In this document: positions 1 through 8,983 of the stretch, piece after piece
Numbering within the stretch: the first letter of the stretch is position 1
Layout of the letters: each line of letters starts with the position of its first letter
From: Paraspadella gotoi
Lineage: Eukaryota > Animalia > Chaetognatha
Assembly (NCBI GenBank): GCA_051294375.1
Contig: CM119264.1
Coordinates: 23,368,675-23,381,015 of the forward strand
DNA: 12,341 nucleotides
Direction of reading: 5' to 3'
Notes under the pieces: model-generated
Seen by the model: only the letters and a program-made list of their open reading frames with translations
The model's database searches: none
What the model was told of the DNA's origin: nothing
Made by a program: the position numbers and the translations under genes

Positions 1-981
1 GGGGCGGAAGAGGGGTCGAAGACAAGTGGAGCTCAGAAATAAAGGCTTTATAAATATTTTTTTTCAATTTTAAAACTAACATTTTTTTTTTAAATTTAAA
101 AAGGGATTATTTCTATGATTAAAGTATCCAAAAAAATGTTATCACCATATTTTAATTTTAAAATTGAAATTAAGTCATCGCTATATACAAAAAATCGTTA
201 TGGTCGATCTCTTTAAACGAGAATTTATTGCTGATCGCTTAGAACGGCATAACGCGATACAGCATAGCGCCATTAAAGAGCAAAAACCTTCGGATGGCGT
301 TAATAAACAATTTTCCTGTCGAATTTTTTCCCTGGATTTTTTTAGTGAAAAAATAACCTCAAGTGAATCTCATTTTAAAAGAAAAAAAACCCGCGAAAAA
401 TGTATAATGCCGTTTTTTTTAGGTAATATATTTTTAAAAAGAGAAATTTCTAATAAGGCTCTTTGAGGCGGCACTGGCCTTGTGAGGAAATATAAAAAAA
501 GTTTTAGAAAAAAAAATTTAAAAAATTTTGAGAGATAAACGGAATTCGTTGTTATGCGAGCGATCGACATCGGGAATGGCATGGCAGCATCGAAGATGGC
601 GTCAAGGTATAACGATAAAGTATGGCGCCGCAGTATCAACGATGGCGCCAATCCTTAGCAATGAAACCAAGTGAATTTTTATACGAAAAAAAGGTTTAAA
701 ATAGTAGGAAATCAAATGAAACTAACTCCCAATCATCAAGTGGCCGATAATTATGTACGTGAAGTGGCGCGACTAAATTATGTCGTGAGCAAGGATATTA
801 ATTAAAGATGGTTTCAATTCACATTTCCAGGACTGGCAGTCACTGTCGATATTCTTACCCAAAGGAATAAGATAAAACGGCATAAGATGCCCATATATGC
901 CCTTTTCTCCCATATCGATGTCACAATTATTGCATAACCTCCTTAAACCCTTTCACGCACTGTACAGGCCGATGAAGTATT

Positions 982-1006
982 NNNNNNNNNNNNNNNNNNN
1001 NNNNNN
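982..1006. other. Assembly gap (N-run)
   Basis: Run of N in the sequence. Confidence 0.99.
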
Positions 1007-1334
1007 AGTCCACATTTAGTACTTGAATCTATTTACTGTATTTATAACAATCATTACCTGTCAATTCAACCCATAATAAATAGTATTAAGAATGGAAAAT
1101 TTTTGAGACATTCGGCTTTCCAATGGAATCAGTGAATTGGGAGTTTTGAACAAGTGTGTGAAGAAGCTAGACTTAATATCGCTCTTGTGGATACGTCGTA
1201 CATGCTGTGCTGCAGTGGGAAATGCATGCTAGTTTGTGTTAAGATGCCCAAAACATAAAGTCCACAATTACTTTGACATCATTCTATTTATTGATTACTA
1301 AAAATTTTTAGAACTTAATTAATTAATTAATGTG

Positions 1335-1395
1335 AAAAAATGAATGCAGATTTAAAAAAATGATGCAAGTTTGAAAAAAAATGATTGCGAAGTTG
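1335..1395 (+). repeat. Degenerate ~20-bp tandem repeat, 3 copies
   Basis: aaaaaatgaatgcagattt / aaaaaaatgatgcaagtttg / aaaaaaaatgattgcgaagttg. Confidence 0.7.
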
Positions 1396-1849
1396 AAAAT
1401 AAAAACATATGGCGGCGTTCCAAAAAAATTTTTAAAAACTATTGTGATTTTATCATGGGCAGGATCCGACATTGTACTTCTCAAGACTTGTTTTTTCTCC
1501 TCACTCTCCGTCACACCTTCTCGTATGTGATGTTTCCATTCCCTCGTTTACCTCGGCAGAATTCCCGACTTCTCGAGGAAAACCAGACGTTTTTTTCGCT
1601 CTATTACCTATTGCTCATCTTCAAACAAGGCTCCACGGAGCCGGATTCCAGGATTCGTCCATAATCGAGTCTCTATTTTCGATCCTGAGCATATCAATCC
1701 GCTCCGATCCGTTCGATAGACTACTGTTAAGGTTCAAGTGTGATTGAATTGGGGCGTCGTCCTTCCGCTTCGGGATTTGAATTGGTCATGAAACCGTCAG
1801 CCTGCTCACCCGCTTCTTTTGCGTGAATTTTGATTAGCCGAGTAGGGGT

Positions 1850-2089
1850 TCAAGTGCGTATACTGCCCGCGCCTTCCAGTCTCGAATCTACCGGAGGACG
1901 AATACTCGTGTCTCCGAAGATTTTGGGCGAGTTTCTATTCTTCACTTCGATACCCATTGCTGTTCGGACTTTGAGAGGATATTGGGCTGCGGTGACTTGC
2001 AACAGTGCTCCGATTAAATCTTCTGCCTCATCAACGAGACTCGATTCCACTTGATGTATTGAGGGATGTATGATATCACAAATTGTTTG
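1850..2089 (-). pseudogene. Possible exon or decayed coding fragment with weak resemblance to a protein kinase C-lobe end (subdomain X-XI)
   Basis: The minus-strand frame is open from a candidate acceptor (actaat...ttaacAG, AG at 2091-2090) to TGA at 1850: QTICDIIHPSIHQVESSLVDEAEDLIGALLQVTAAQYP... The EAEDLIGALLQV stretch resembles the kinase EAKDLISxLLQV pattern but lacks the invariant Arg. No partner exons were found. Confidence 0.2.
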
Positions 2090-2621
2090 CTGTTAATGTA
2101 TTTTTGCAATTAGTTTCAGTTGAGGACTGATTTGTGTGTCTCATCTTGTTGTGCTCCAAAAAACGAGGGTACTATCTATCACTTTTTTTAAAGTGCGGGA
2201 CGTTTACACGAAAAAGTCGAAGAAAGCGGCGCGTGACAATAAAATAGGTAAGCAATTATAAAAATCGTCACAACAATATGAAATTATCCATTTCATTTAA
2301 AACAATAAGCGGCTAATTATTTCCGATATCACTTATTGCGATCTGACCAGCGATCCTCTTTGACGAAACCTGCTTGAAAATTTTTTGTCTTAGTTTTTCA
2401 TTAAAACACAGATTGGCAAACAAGTGTCGGATCTGCACGCCATCTATTAGCGAGGTAATTAATTCAATACAAACTATGATAAAACTAAATATATCTTAAT
2501 TATAAATAAATAATTTAATTTTTATTCCGAAATGATTTTTCTTTAGGTCTGTTTGTCACTAAACCACAACAAAAAGCAACGCGACTGATCACTGGCGACA
2601 CCGGACAATATATGGCGATAA

Positions 2622-2778
2622 CGATTGACTGATTGATAATTAATTAAGAGATATCTAAAATAAATTGATTGATTGAATAATTATTGATTAATTACCGATT
2701 AATTATTTATTAATTGATTAATTAAAACTTACATTAAATTATTTGATCTATTAATACACTCTTGCATTACATTAATAT
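2622..2778. repeat. AT-rich low-complexity (ATTA/ATTG)n degenerate repeat
   Basis: gattgactgattgataattaattaag...aattgattgattgaataattattgattaatt... Confidence 0.75.
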
Positions 2779-2820
2779 AAAAAGAAAAAGAAGCATATCA
2801 ATTGGTGAAACAGTTTTTCT

Positions 2821-3126
2821 TTGTTTTTTCCATTTAAAACTTCATTTCCACTCAGACATTCCATCGAAACTTTGATTTTCCAGCTTAATTCACCACCTTT
2901 CCTGACCCACATATCAAAATTTTCAAATCAACTCGCCTACATCCACTCATTAAGTAATGGCTTCAATAATAAAAAATATTTTTTGTTTTTCCATTTTTAT
3001 CTTTTGTTTATGTTATTTAACCTATTCCACTCCCGATCCATCAAACTCATATCTCGTCCTCAATATCACACACTTTCTAAACAAAAAAAATTTAAATTCC
3101 AATCCATCCACAATCAGGAGCAATGG
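2821..3126. repeat. Diverged tandem duplication, two copies (2821-2960 and 2983-3126), period ~160-180 bp
   Basis: Colinear shared blocks: ttgttttt(t)ccattt (2821/2983), ttccactc (2846/3025), tccatc(g)aaact (2860/3037), cac..ctttc, aaaattt, catccac (2940/3105), aatgg (2956/3122). Confidence 0.7.
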
Positions 3127-3141
3127 AGTTTTTGCTAAGGT

Positions 3142-3301
3142 GGACGGACGGGAACGAACGGACACTCGTTATTATTTGCAAATTATATCAGTAATTCAAT
3201 GTTCTACATATAAGTGAAGCCCGACAAGATTGGGGGGCGGACCGACGGACCGACAAAAGTGAATTATAGCAGTCGGGATCTGCTGATCCAATCTATAAAA
3301 A
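3142..3301 (-). mobile_element. Terminus of a non-autonomous Helentron/HINE-like (DINE-1/pearl-type) element
   Basis: The minus strand reads T-run, then an imperfect inverted repeat (agattggatc-agca-gatcccgact), then ctataattcacttt, then a GTCG/GTCC microsatellite (tgtcggtccgtcggtccg). A second GTCC/GTTC microsatellite lies at 3142-3165. This order is the known HINE/DINE-1 end architecture. The far end was not identified. Confidence 0.5.
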
Positions 3302-3716
3302 TTTTAAAAAATTATTATCTATTATCTAATTCACATGTAGTCTTATCCTATTGGTAAAAAAATCATATATAACATGAGCCCCCATAAAAATTATCCTTCC
3401 AACCCCTTTCTGTTCAGCCTTTTAGCGAATATTATGATTTTCAATTTAATGACTTTTCTAACAGAATGTGTGTGATATCTATTGTAAACTAGGACAGTAG
3501 TAATCTAACCATTGTTGTTTGTATATATGCTCCCTCTATTTTCCAGAACGACCAACACTGACTTCCCTTCCAATTGAATTATATAGTAAATAAAAGCTTT
3601 TTTAAAAAGAAAGCAATATATTATTTGTATTAAAATAATATTAGATTTTAAAACCCTAAATCCTTCTTAAAATATAAAATTAAAAAATAGCGTGAACTAA
3701 GTAATTTGCAAATTTT

Positions 3717-3981
3717 CATTGATGACAATTTTATAAGCGCCCGGTAGAGGGAATTGAAGTGAAGAGATAGAGCCGAAAATTTGTTTTTGAGGCGATCGTT
3801 GGGGGAGACTGCTTTAAATATTATATTCTTAAAATATTTCGCGGTATTTTATTGTTGGGTTGTTTCTAGTCAATATGATTTTTATCTCCTTACCCAATGA
3901 AATAAAATTCTTAAACTTAATTTTAACGCGTTTGAATGAAAGCCTTTTTAATGGCGCCCTTATAAAAATTGTTCACCACTG
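3717..3981. mobile_element. Candidate Tc1/mariner-type MITE (~265 bp)
   Basis: The right end reads ggcgcccttataaaaattgttcacCACTG followed by TA (3982-3983). Its reverse complement cagtggtgaacaatttttataagggcgcc aligns with the left end cattgatga-caatttt-ataag--cgcc starting at 3717. A CAGTG terminus plus TA target is Tc1-like. The left TIR is degenerate and the left TA is not preserved. Confidence 0.55.
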
Positions 3982-4227
3982 TACCCCTAAGCCCCACCGG
4001 TCGGTGAAACCGTAAGTGTAACCCAAGTAAACTATCTTCAGCCCTGACTTGTTCTGGATGGCTTGGGTGTTTAAGCCGTCTTACAATTACAAGACAAATA
4101 AACCATGCAGGACCCTAACAATCATTCAAACAAGCTTCCTCAGTTCTTGTTTTATTCACACCCCAGAGTACCCGGGCTTTCTCTATCTAGAATTGGTCTA
4201 AAGATTTTTTAAAAAAAAAAAGTAAAA

Positions 4228-4373
4228 TTTTTTTTTTTTTTTTCCATTTTGTATTAAATAGGAACACTCTTATGGGACAATCAGGGGAACATTAGTCAAG
4301 TTGACCGGTGGGGGATTGAACCCGGACTTCAGGGTTGGTGAAGAAGTGACTTTGCAGCCCAAGCAATTCGGAC
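4228..4373 (-). mobile_element. tRNA-derived SINE-like element (72-nt tRNA-like head, ~58-nt body, A16 tail)
   Basis: Minus strand 4373-4302 is gtccgaattgcttgggctgcaaag...gaagtccgGGTTCAATCCCccaccggtca. It has a B box at the tRNA T-loop position, a degenerate A-box region and partial acceptor and T stems. It is followed by a short body and poly(A) (T-run at 4228-4243 on +). The stems are too broken for a functional tRNA. Confidence 0.65.
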
Positions 4374-4710
4374 AAGCTGAGTTTACCAAGCTATACGGAG
4401 GCGAATTTAGATTCGCCACACTCCCTTGACAAACACAAAATTTTCAACATTGTAATTTGTCTTAATCTTCTTATTGGTTATCTAACTTTTTAAATGCGTA
4501 TGTCGGTAATTTTTTTCTTTCTTTCTTTCTTTCTTATTCTCTCTCTCTCATTTTATTTTTCTCTTCCTTCTGGTCCAAACACTTTTTTTGTCTGTCCCTT
4601 AATTTATGACCGAGGCAATCGCGGCCCGTTTGCCCTTTTCATCGACGTCTTTCCGTAAAACATGAAAAAAAGGGCTTTATACGTCCAAATTTTTTTTTTT
4701 TTCTTCTATG

Positions 4711-4743
<33 letters not shown>

Positions 4744-4911
4744 CTTTCCCTCTCTCTCTCTCTCTCTCTCTTCTCTCTTCTCTCTCTCTCTTCTCTCGTT
4801 TCTCTTTGCTCGATCTTCTGTTCGTTCTCTTCTCTAAATATCTGCTTTTCAAAATTTTTTTCTAGCTGCTTTCTGACACACGTACACTACTCCCTATTCT
4901 CTCTCCCTTCT

Positions 4912-4951
<40 letters not shown>

Positions 4952-4960
4952 CTCTTTTCG

Positions 4961-4993
<33 letters not shown>

Positions 4994-5107
4994 ACCTTTT
5001 CTATTTATTAAAGTTTACCCTTTTCTTTACCACCACACTTCGATTTTTTTGCCTCTTTCAGTTCTCATTTTCCCCTTTTCTTCTCTAGCTCACTCTCTCT
5101 CTCTCTC
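4711..5107 (+). repeat. Interrupted (CT)n microsatellite complex
   Basis: Several (CT)n tracts, at ~4711-4797, ~4898-4993 and ~5093-5107. Confidence 0.95.
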
Positions 5108-5235
5108 CCCGTCTCATTCTCATTATTTTCTCGTTTCTTATTTTTCCTCTTTATCCATCGGAAAACGAGTAAGTTCGTTACCACCATCAAAATAATGGCT
5201 GGTGAGAAGAGTTGTATAAAATACAGAAAACTTGG

Positions 5236-5266
5236 TACAGAGATACAGAGATACAGAGATACAGAG
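5236..5266 (+). repeat. 8-bp tandem repeat (TACAGAGA) x~4
   Basis: tacagaga tacagaga tacagaga tacagag. Confidence 0.95.
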
Positions 5267-5406
5267 GACCAAGGAGGCAAAATCCGCGATCCAGTTCCAC
5301 TGGATTATTTTCCGATTTTATCACCGACTTGGGATTTTTGGTTCGCCTCTTCACCAATGGACAGAGTAGTGAGTAACCTACATAAATGCAGCATCAAAGT
5401 CACATT

Positions 5407-5461
5407 AATGCCGCGTCAATGCCGCGTCGACACCGCCTCAATGCCTCAACAATGCCGCAGC
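5407..5461 (+). repeat. 11-bp minisatellite, 5 degenerate copies
   Basis: aatgccgcgtc aatgccgcgtc gacaccgcctc aatgcctcaac aatgccgcagc. Confidence 0.85.
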
Positions 5462-5531
5462 CAAATGTGAATAACATAAGGCCAGCGAATCCATACAGTG
5501 GTCACCACTAAAATCGTCGATTAACCAAAAA

Positions 5532-5690
5532 CCACCTCCTCTTTTTCTCTCTTCCCTTTCTCTCTTTTCCTCCTCTTCATTTTCACTAGGCCATCTTTCC
5601 TTCCCTCTCCATCCTTCCCTCTCTCCCTCCTTTATTCCCTCCCTTCTCCCATCTTCCCTCCCTCCCTCTCTCCCTCCTCCCTTCTCTCCC
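5532..5690 (+). repeat. Polypyrimidine low-complexity tract
   Basis: Nearly pure C/T (ccctcc, cttc, ctct motifs). Confidence 0.9.
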
Positions 5691-5700
5691 ACGGTCACAA

Positions 5701-5895
5701 AGGGCCGTTTCTCGTCTCGGCTGCCAAAACTGGCCAAAATGCCCGTCCCTCTGTTATCTCGGGGCGAAGGCCGGTTCGCCCGGGCCGGCGACCGGGATCG
5801 GCCGGGATGGCCGGCGGCCGAGATCGGCGGCCGGGTCGTGTCGGGGTTGCCGGGGCTCAGGAGAGGCGATAAGAATGAAGGCCCCGGACCGGCGA
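5701..5895. promoter_or_regulatory. GC/CpG-rich island between a polypyrimidine tract and a (GA)n tract; regulatory role is inferred
   Basis: Dense CCGG/GGCC/CGGC motifs that contrast sharply with the flanks. No convincing coding frame. Confidence 0.35.
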
Positions 5896-5901
5896 ATGTG
5901 C

Positions 5902-6006
<105 letters not shown>

Positions 6007-6179
6007 GAAGGGTGGCACAAAGAGGATCTGGCGACTCCACTCCGGTTGTCGTCGTCAATCGCGTCCGCTCGGATTCTTTGATTAATGAGTCCGTGCGTGC
6101 AAGTCCGTGAAACAAACGGTTCAGTGCGTGCAAATTGAGCGGACGAGAGGGACAGTGCGTGCCGGTCGATTACGGGGGG

Positions 6180-6220
6180 AGGTCACTGATCTTAGGTCAA
6201 GGGTCAAAGATCACGAGTCA
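6180..6220. promoter_or_regulatory. Array of nuclear-receptor-like half-sites (IR1 plus tandem DR1)
   Basis: AGGTCA-c-TGATCT-t-AGGTCA-a-GGGTCA-a-AGATCA-c-GAGTCA, all in 7-bp phase. Confidence 0.45.
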
Positions 6221-6422
6221 GAACCTAAAGAATAACCGTCGGAAAATCAATTGTGCAATGAGCTCATTGAGCAGTCGGTGGATTAAGTCGGTGACAGATG
6301 AGTGATAGAATCACGGATAGATGATGAAAGAAACGCTGACAAAAAAGAAGTTCACTGAAAAACAAAGAACAACAAGGATGGTTTACTGATCTGTCTAATA
6401 CGAGACTTTGATCAATTTCCTT

Positions 6423-6478
6423 TGTCCAATGTCCATTATCCAATGTCCTTTGTCCATTATCCAATGTCCAATGTCCAA
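6423..6478 (+). repeat. 7-bp tandem repeat (TRTCCWW) x8
   Basis: tgtccaa tgtccat tatccaa tgtcctt tgtccat tatccaa tgtccaa tgtccaa. Confidence 0.93.
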
Positions 6479-6590
6479 TCGATGATCTCTTCTTCATATT
6501 CCTCTTTGGCGTCTTTAACGCGCACAAGCGACGCAAACTGGGCTGGTCAGTCCAAACACCGAAGCTGCCCGACAGCGACTGAGGCTGAAA

Positions 6591-6620
6591 GACATCGACC
6601 GACACCGCCCGACACCGCCC
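6591..6620 (+). repeat. 10-bp tandem repeat x3
   Basis: gacatcgacc gacaccgccc gacaccgccc. Confidence 0.85.
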
Positions 6621-8236
6621 CTTCGTTTTCTTCGTTTAATTTTCTTCATTTGTGATTCCGAGCGATGAAAAAGAACGAAGCGATAGGGCAGAGGGGCGAA
6701 GAGGAGGGCGTGAGGGCAGAGGAGGGCCAAAGGGGTTTAGGGTCTGCGCAGCCGAGACGGGTCAGGTGAAGGACGGAAAAAAGGGCAGATGGAATGTGAG
6801 ATATCGGGTAGGGTAGAATCGGGAAGTGAGATTTTGTTAGGACTTTTATCTATATTTGGTTTTTTTTGTTTTCAAACGAAACTTTTTTTCGGTGGATAAG
6901 AAAATATTTTTTCTCGGCTTTTCTCGTGCACAGAACGCGCGAAAAGAAGATCGTGAAGCAGAGCGACCCTGACGCTGCCCTTCAGCGCAGAAGAAGGGAG
7001 TAGCAGAGAGAGAAGCGGGAGACGGAGAGATGGAGAGAGAGAATGATGACGAATGGATCGAGATGAAGACCGATTGAAGACAGCGGAGTACTGAGAGACG
7101 ACGAGTGGAAGAAGAGGAGAGAGAGAGAGAAGAATGGGACATCAGGTGTTTCTCGCCGCCGCATCAGCCACCCCTTAAATTTTTCATATTCATGAAGCTG
7201 GTATAAAGGTCCGACAATGTGGGTCGGGGGGTAGATGAGTAACGGGACGAGGGGCGAGTGAGGAATGAGGAGTGAGAAAAGGTGTCGGCGACAGGAGGGC
7301 CGAGCCATCGCAGAGATCAAAGAAGGAGTTTCTGGCCCGACAAGATGACCCCAAAAAAAAAAATGACTTTCTTAATCTCGAGTCAGACAGAGACAGAGAC
7401 AGAGGCGGAATCCCGCAGCCAACTTCTTTTTTTTTCTACGCTCCCCCTCCTTTTGTTAGTTCTATATATATATTCCTATTTTTTCCCTTTTTTTCACATT
7501 AATTCCTTCTTTTCTTCTCCCAAATGACAGAATCCTTTTCGGCGCTCTCAAATACCAGGATGCCCGTGCCTTCGCTCTATTTTTTAGGCTTGTTTCTTCT
7601 TTTTGGTTTTTCGTTTCTTTTTCTTTCGTTTTTTAGGCGCCGCCCAGATATTCGTTTTTTGTATCGAAGAAGAAACAACAAACTGATTGTCGACGACGAA
7701 TGACTACGATGGACTAACGTCCAAGTAGCACACATCAACAGCATTCCACCAGAAGAAGCGCAGCCGATAACAACATCAATGAATTCATGGAATTTCCCCG
7801 TTGTATTCGCCGGAATTGTCATTCCATGTTTATTTCAGAGTCTCTTGGTTAAGGCCTCACTTCAACGGCGCCCACATTTTCGCCTTTCTTTTTTAAAGAG
7901 CTCTTTCTGGTGCACTTTTCTGGCCTCATTAGAACCCAAACAGGGCACCCATTTTCTTGGCCCTCCATTTGGGGCACGTGGACAAAAAAGTTATAGTTAT
8001 CCGATAAAAAAATTGCGCGGCAGGGAGGAAAAATGAAAATTAAAAAAAAAAAAAAATGTGCTGCTGATTGTGGCGTCGTCGTACGTCATCGTCGTCGTCG
8101 TTGAATTTTAACAAGTTTTATCTACATTTTCGTAGTGTTTTTCGTATGCTCTCTGATCTTCGCGCAGGAATGGCTATCTTCTTCACAAGTTAAAGAACAG
8201 AGACCGGACGCAGGAGAGAAAGCAGGAAATGAGGAT

Positions 8237-8329
8237 GAGAGAGAGAGTGAGCGGGAAGAGAGAGGAGAAGGAGAGACGAGAGAGAGAGCAGGAGCGAGAG
8301 AGGAGAGAGAGGAGCAGAGAGAGAGAGAG
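8237..8329 (+). repeat. Degenerate (GA)n purine tract
   Basis: gagagagagtgagcgggaagagagaggagaagg...gagagagagagag. Confidence 0.9.
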
Positions 8330-8424
8330 CAGACGCCTCAAAAAATGACCAATGTCGGATTGGCCCCCGAAATAGTGCGGCGCGCGGATTCGTTTCTCGC
8401 GCCGCGGAGGATGCAGAGCGGCAG

Positions 8425-8503
8425 TCTCTCACTCTCTCTCTCTCCTCTCCTCTCTACTCTTCTCTGCTCTGCTCTCTCTTCTTATTCTCGTCTCTCTCTC
8501 TCT

Positions 8504-8553
<50 letters not shown>
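8425..8553 (+). repeat. (CT)n microsatellite, degenerate at its 5' end
   Basis: Long (CT)n tract ending at 8553. Confidence 0.95.
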
Positions 8554-8556
<3 letters not shown>

Positions 8557-8983
8557 GGCCGCTGCAAGTCGTGCCGCCGAGAAAAAGGGGCACAAAGGGC
8601 AGAATTCTCAGCTCGGGACCAAAACTATTAGCGTTTATCATTTCTTCTGTTTTGATCTGCGGGAAAAAAATGGCAGAAGCGAGTGAATTTCTTAAAATTA
8701 AACGATTTTTTTTTTCTTTTCGCTATTGTTTTGAACTTTTAGTTTTCTAACATTTTCCTCCCTTTTTCTTTTCTCTTTGGTCTTTTTTCTAATTTTCCTC
8801 CTTTCCTCCTTTTTTCCTCCGATCGACCCGAACGAGGGAGGAAATTTCTTTGTGACCCCAAATGACCCCCAATCCTCATTGTTTTTCTTTCTTCTTCGAC
8901 ACGGATTCATTTCCTTTTGACCAAAATCTCAATTTCCAAGAAAAATCCCGAATCGAATCTCATTCGTGAGGCCAGAGAGACAA

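Noticed and set aside
938-981. CACTG-TA-CAGG possible back-to-back transposon ends before the first gap
   Set aside because: No partner terminal repeat is visible and the gap hides the continuation.
1007-1293. Loose direct repeat agtccaca...ctattta at 1007 and 1259
   Set aside because: Similarity is short, AT-rich and does not extend.
2438-2452. CTCF-like motif cgccatctattagcg
   Set aside because: A single imperfect match with no supporting context.
3984-4020. Hammerhead ribozyme suggested by a caccg/cggtg hairpin followed by GAAAC
   Set aside because: The required CUGANGA core is absent upstream (ctaagcccc instead).
4015-4032. Nematode spliced-leader-like taacccaagt
   Set aside because: Only a short partial match, with no leader 5' end or following splice donor.
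4302-4373. Functional tRNA gene
   Set aside because: Acceptor, anticodon and T stems have multiple mismatches and a poly(A)-tailed body follows, which fits a SINE or pseudogene.
5279-5339. Small nested hairpins (atccag/ctggat; aaaatcc/ggatttt)
   Set aside because: Stems of 6-7 bp are within chance expectation and match no RNA family I recognise.
5494-5520. TA-CAGTGGTCACC possible Tc1-type left terminal repeat
   Set aside because: No matching inverted partner found in the window.
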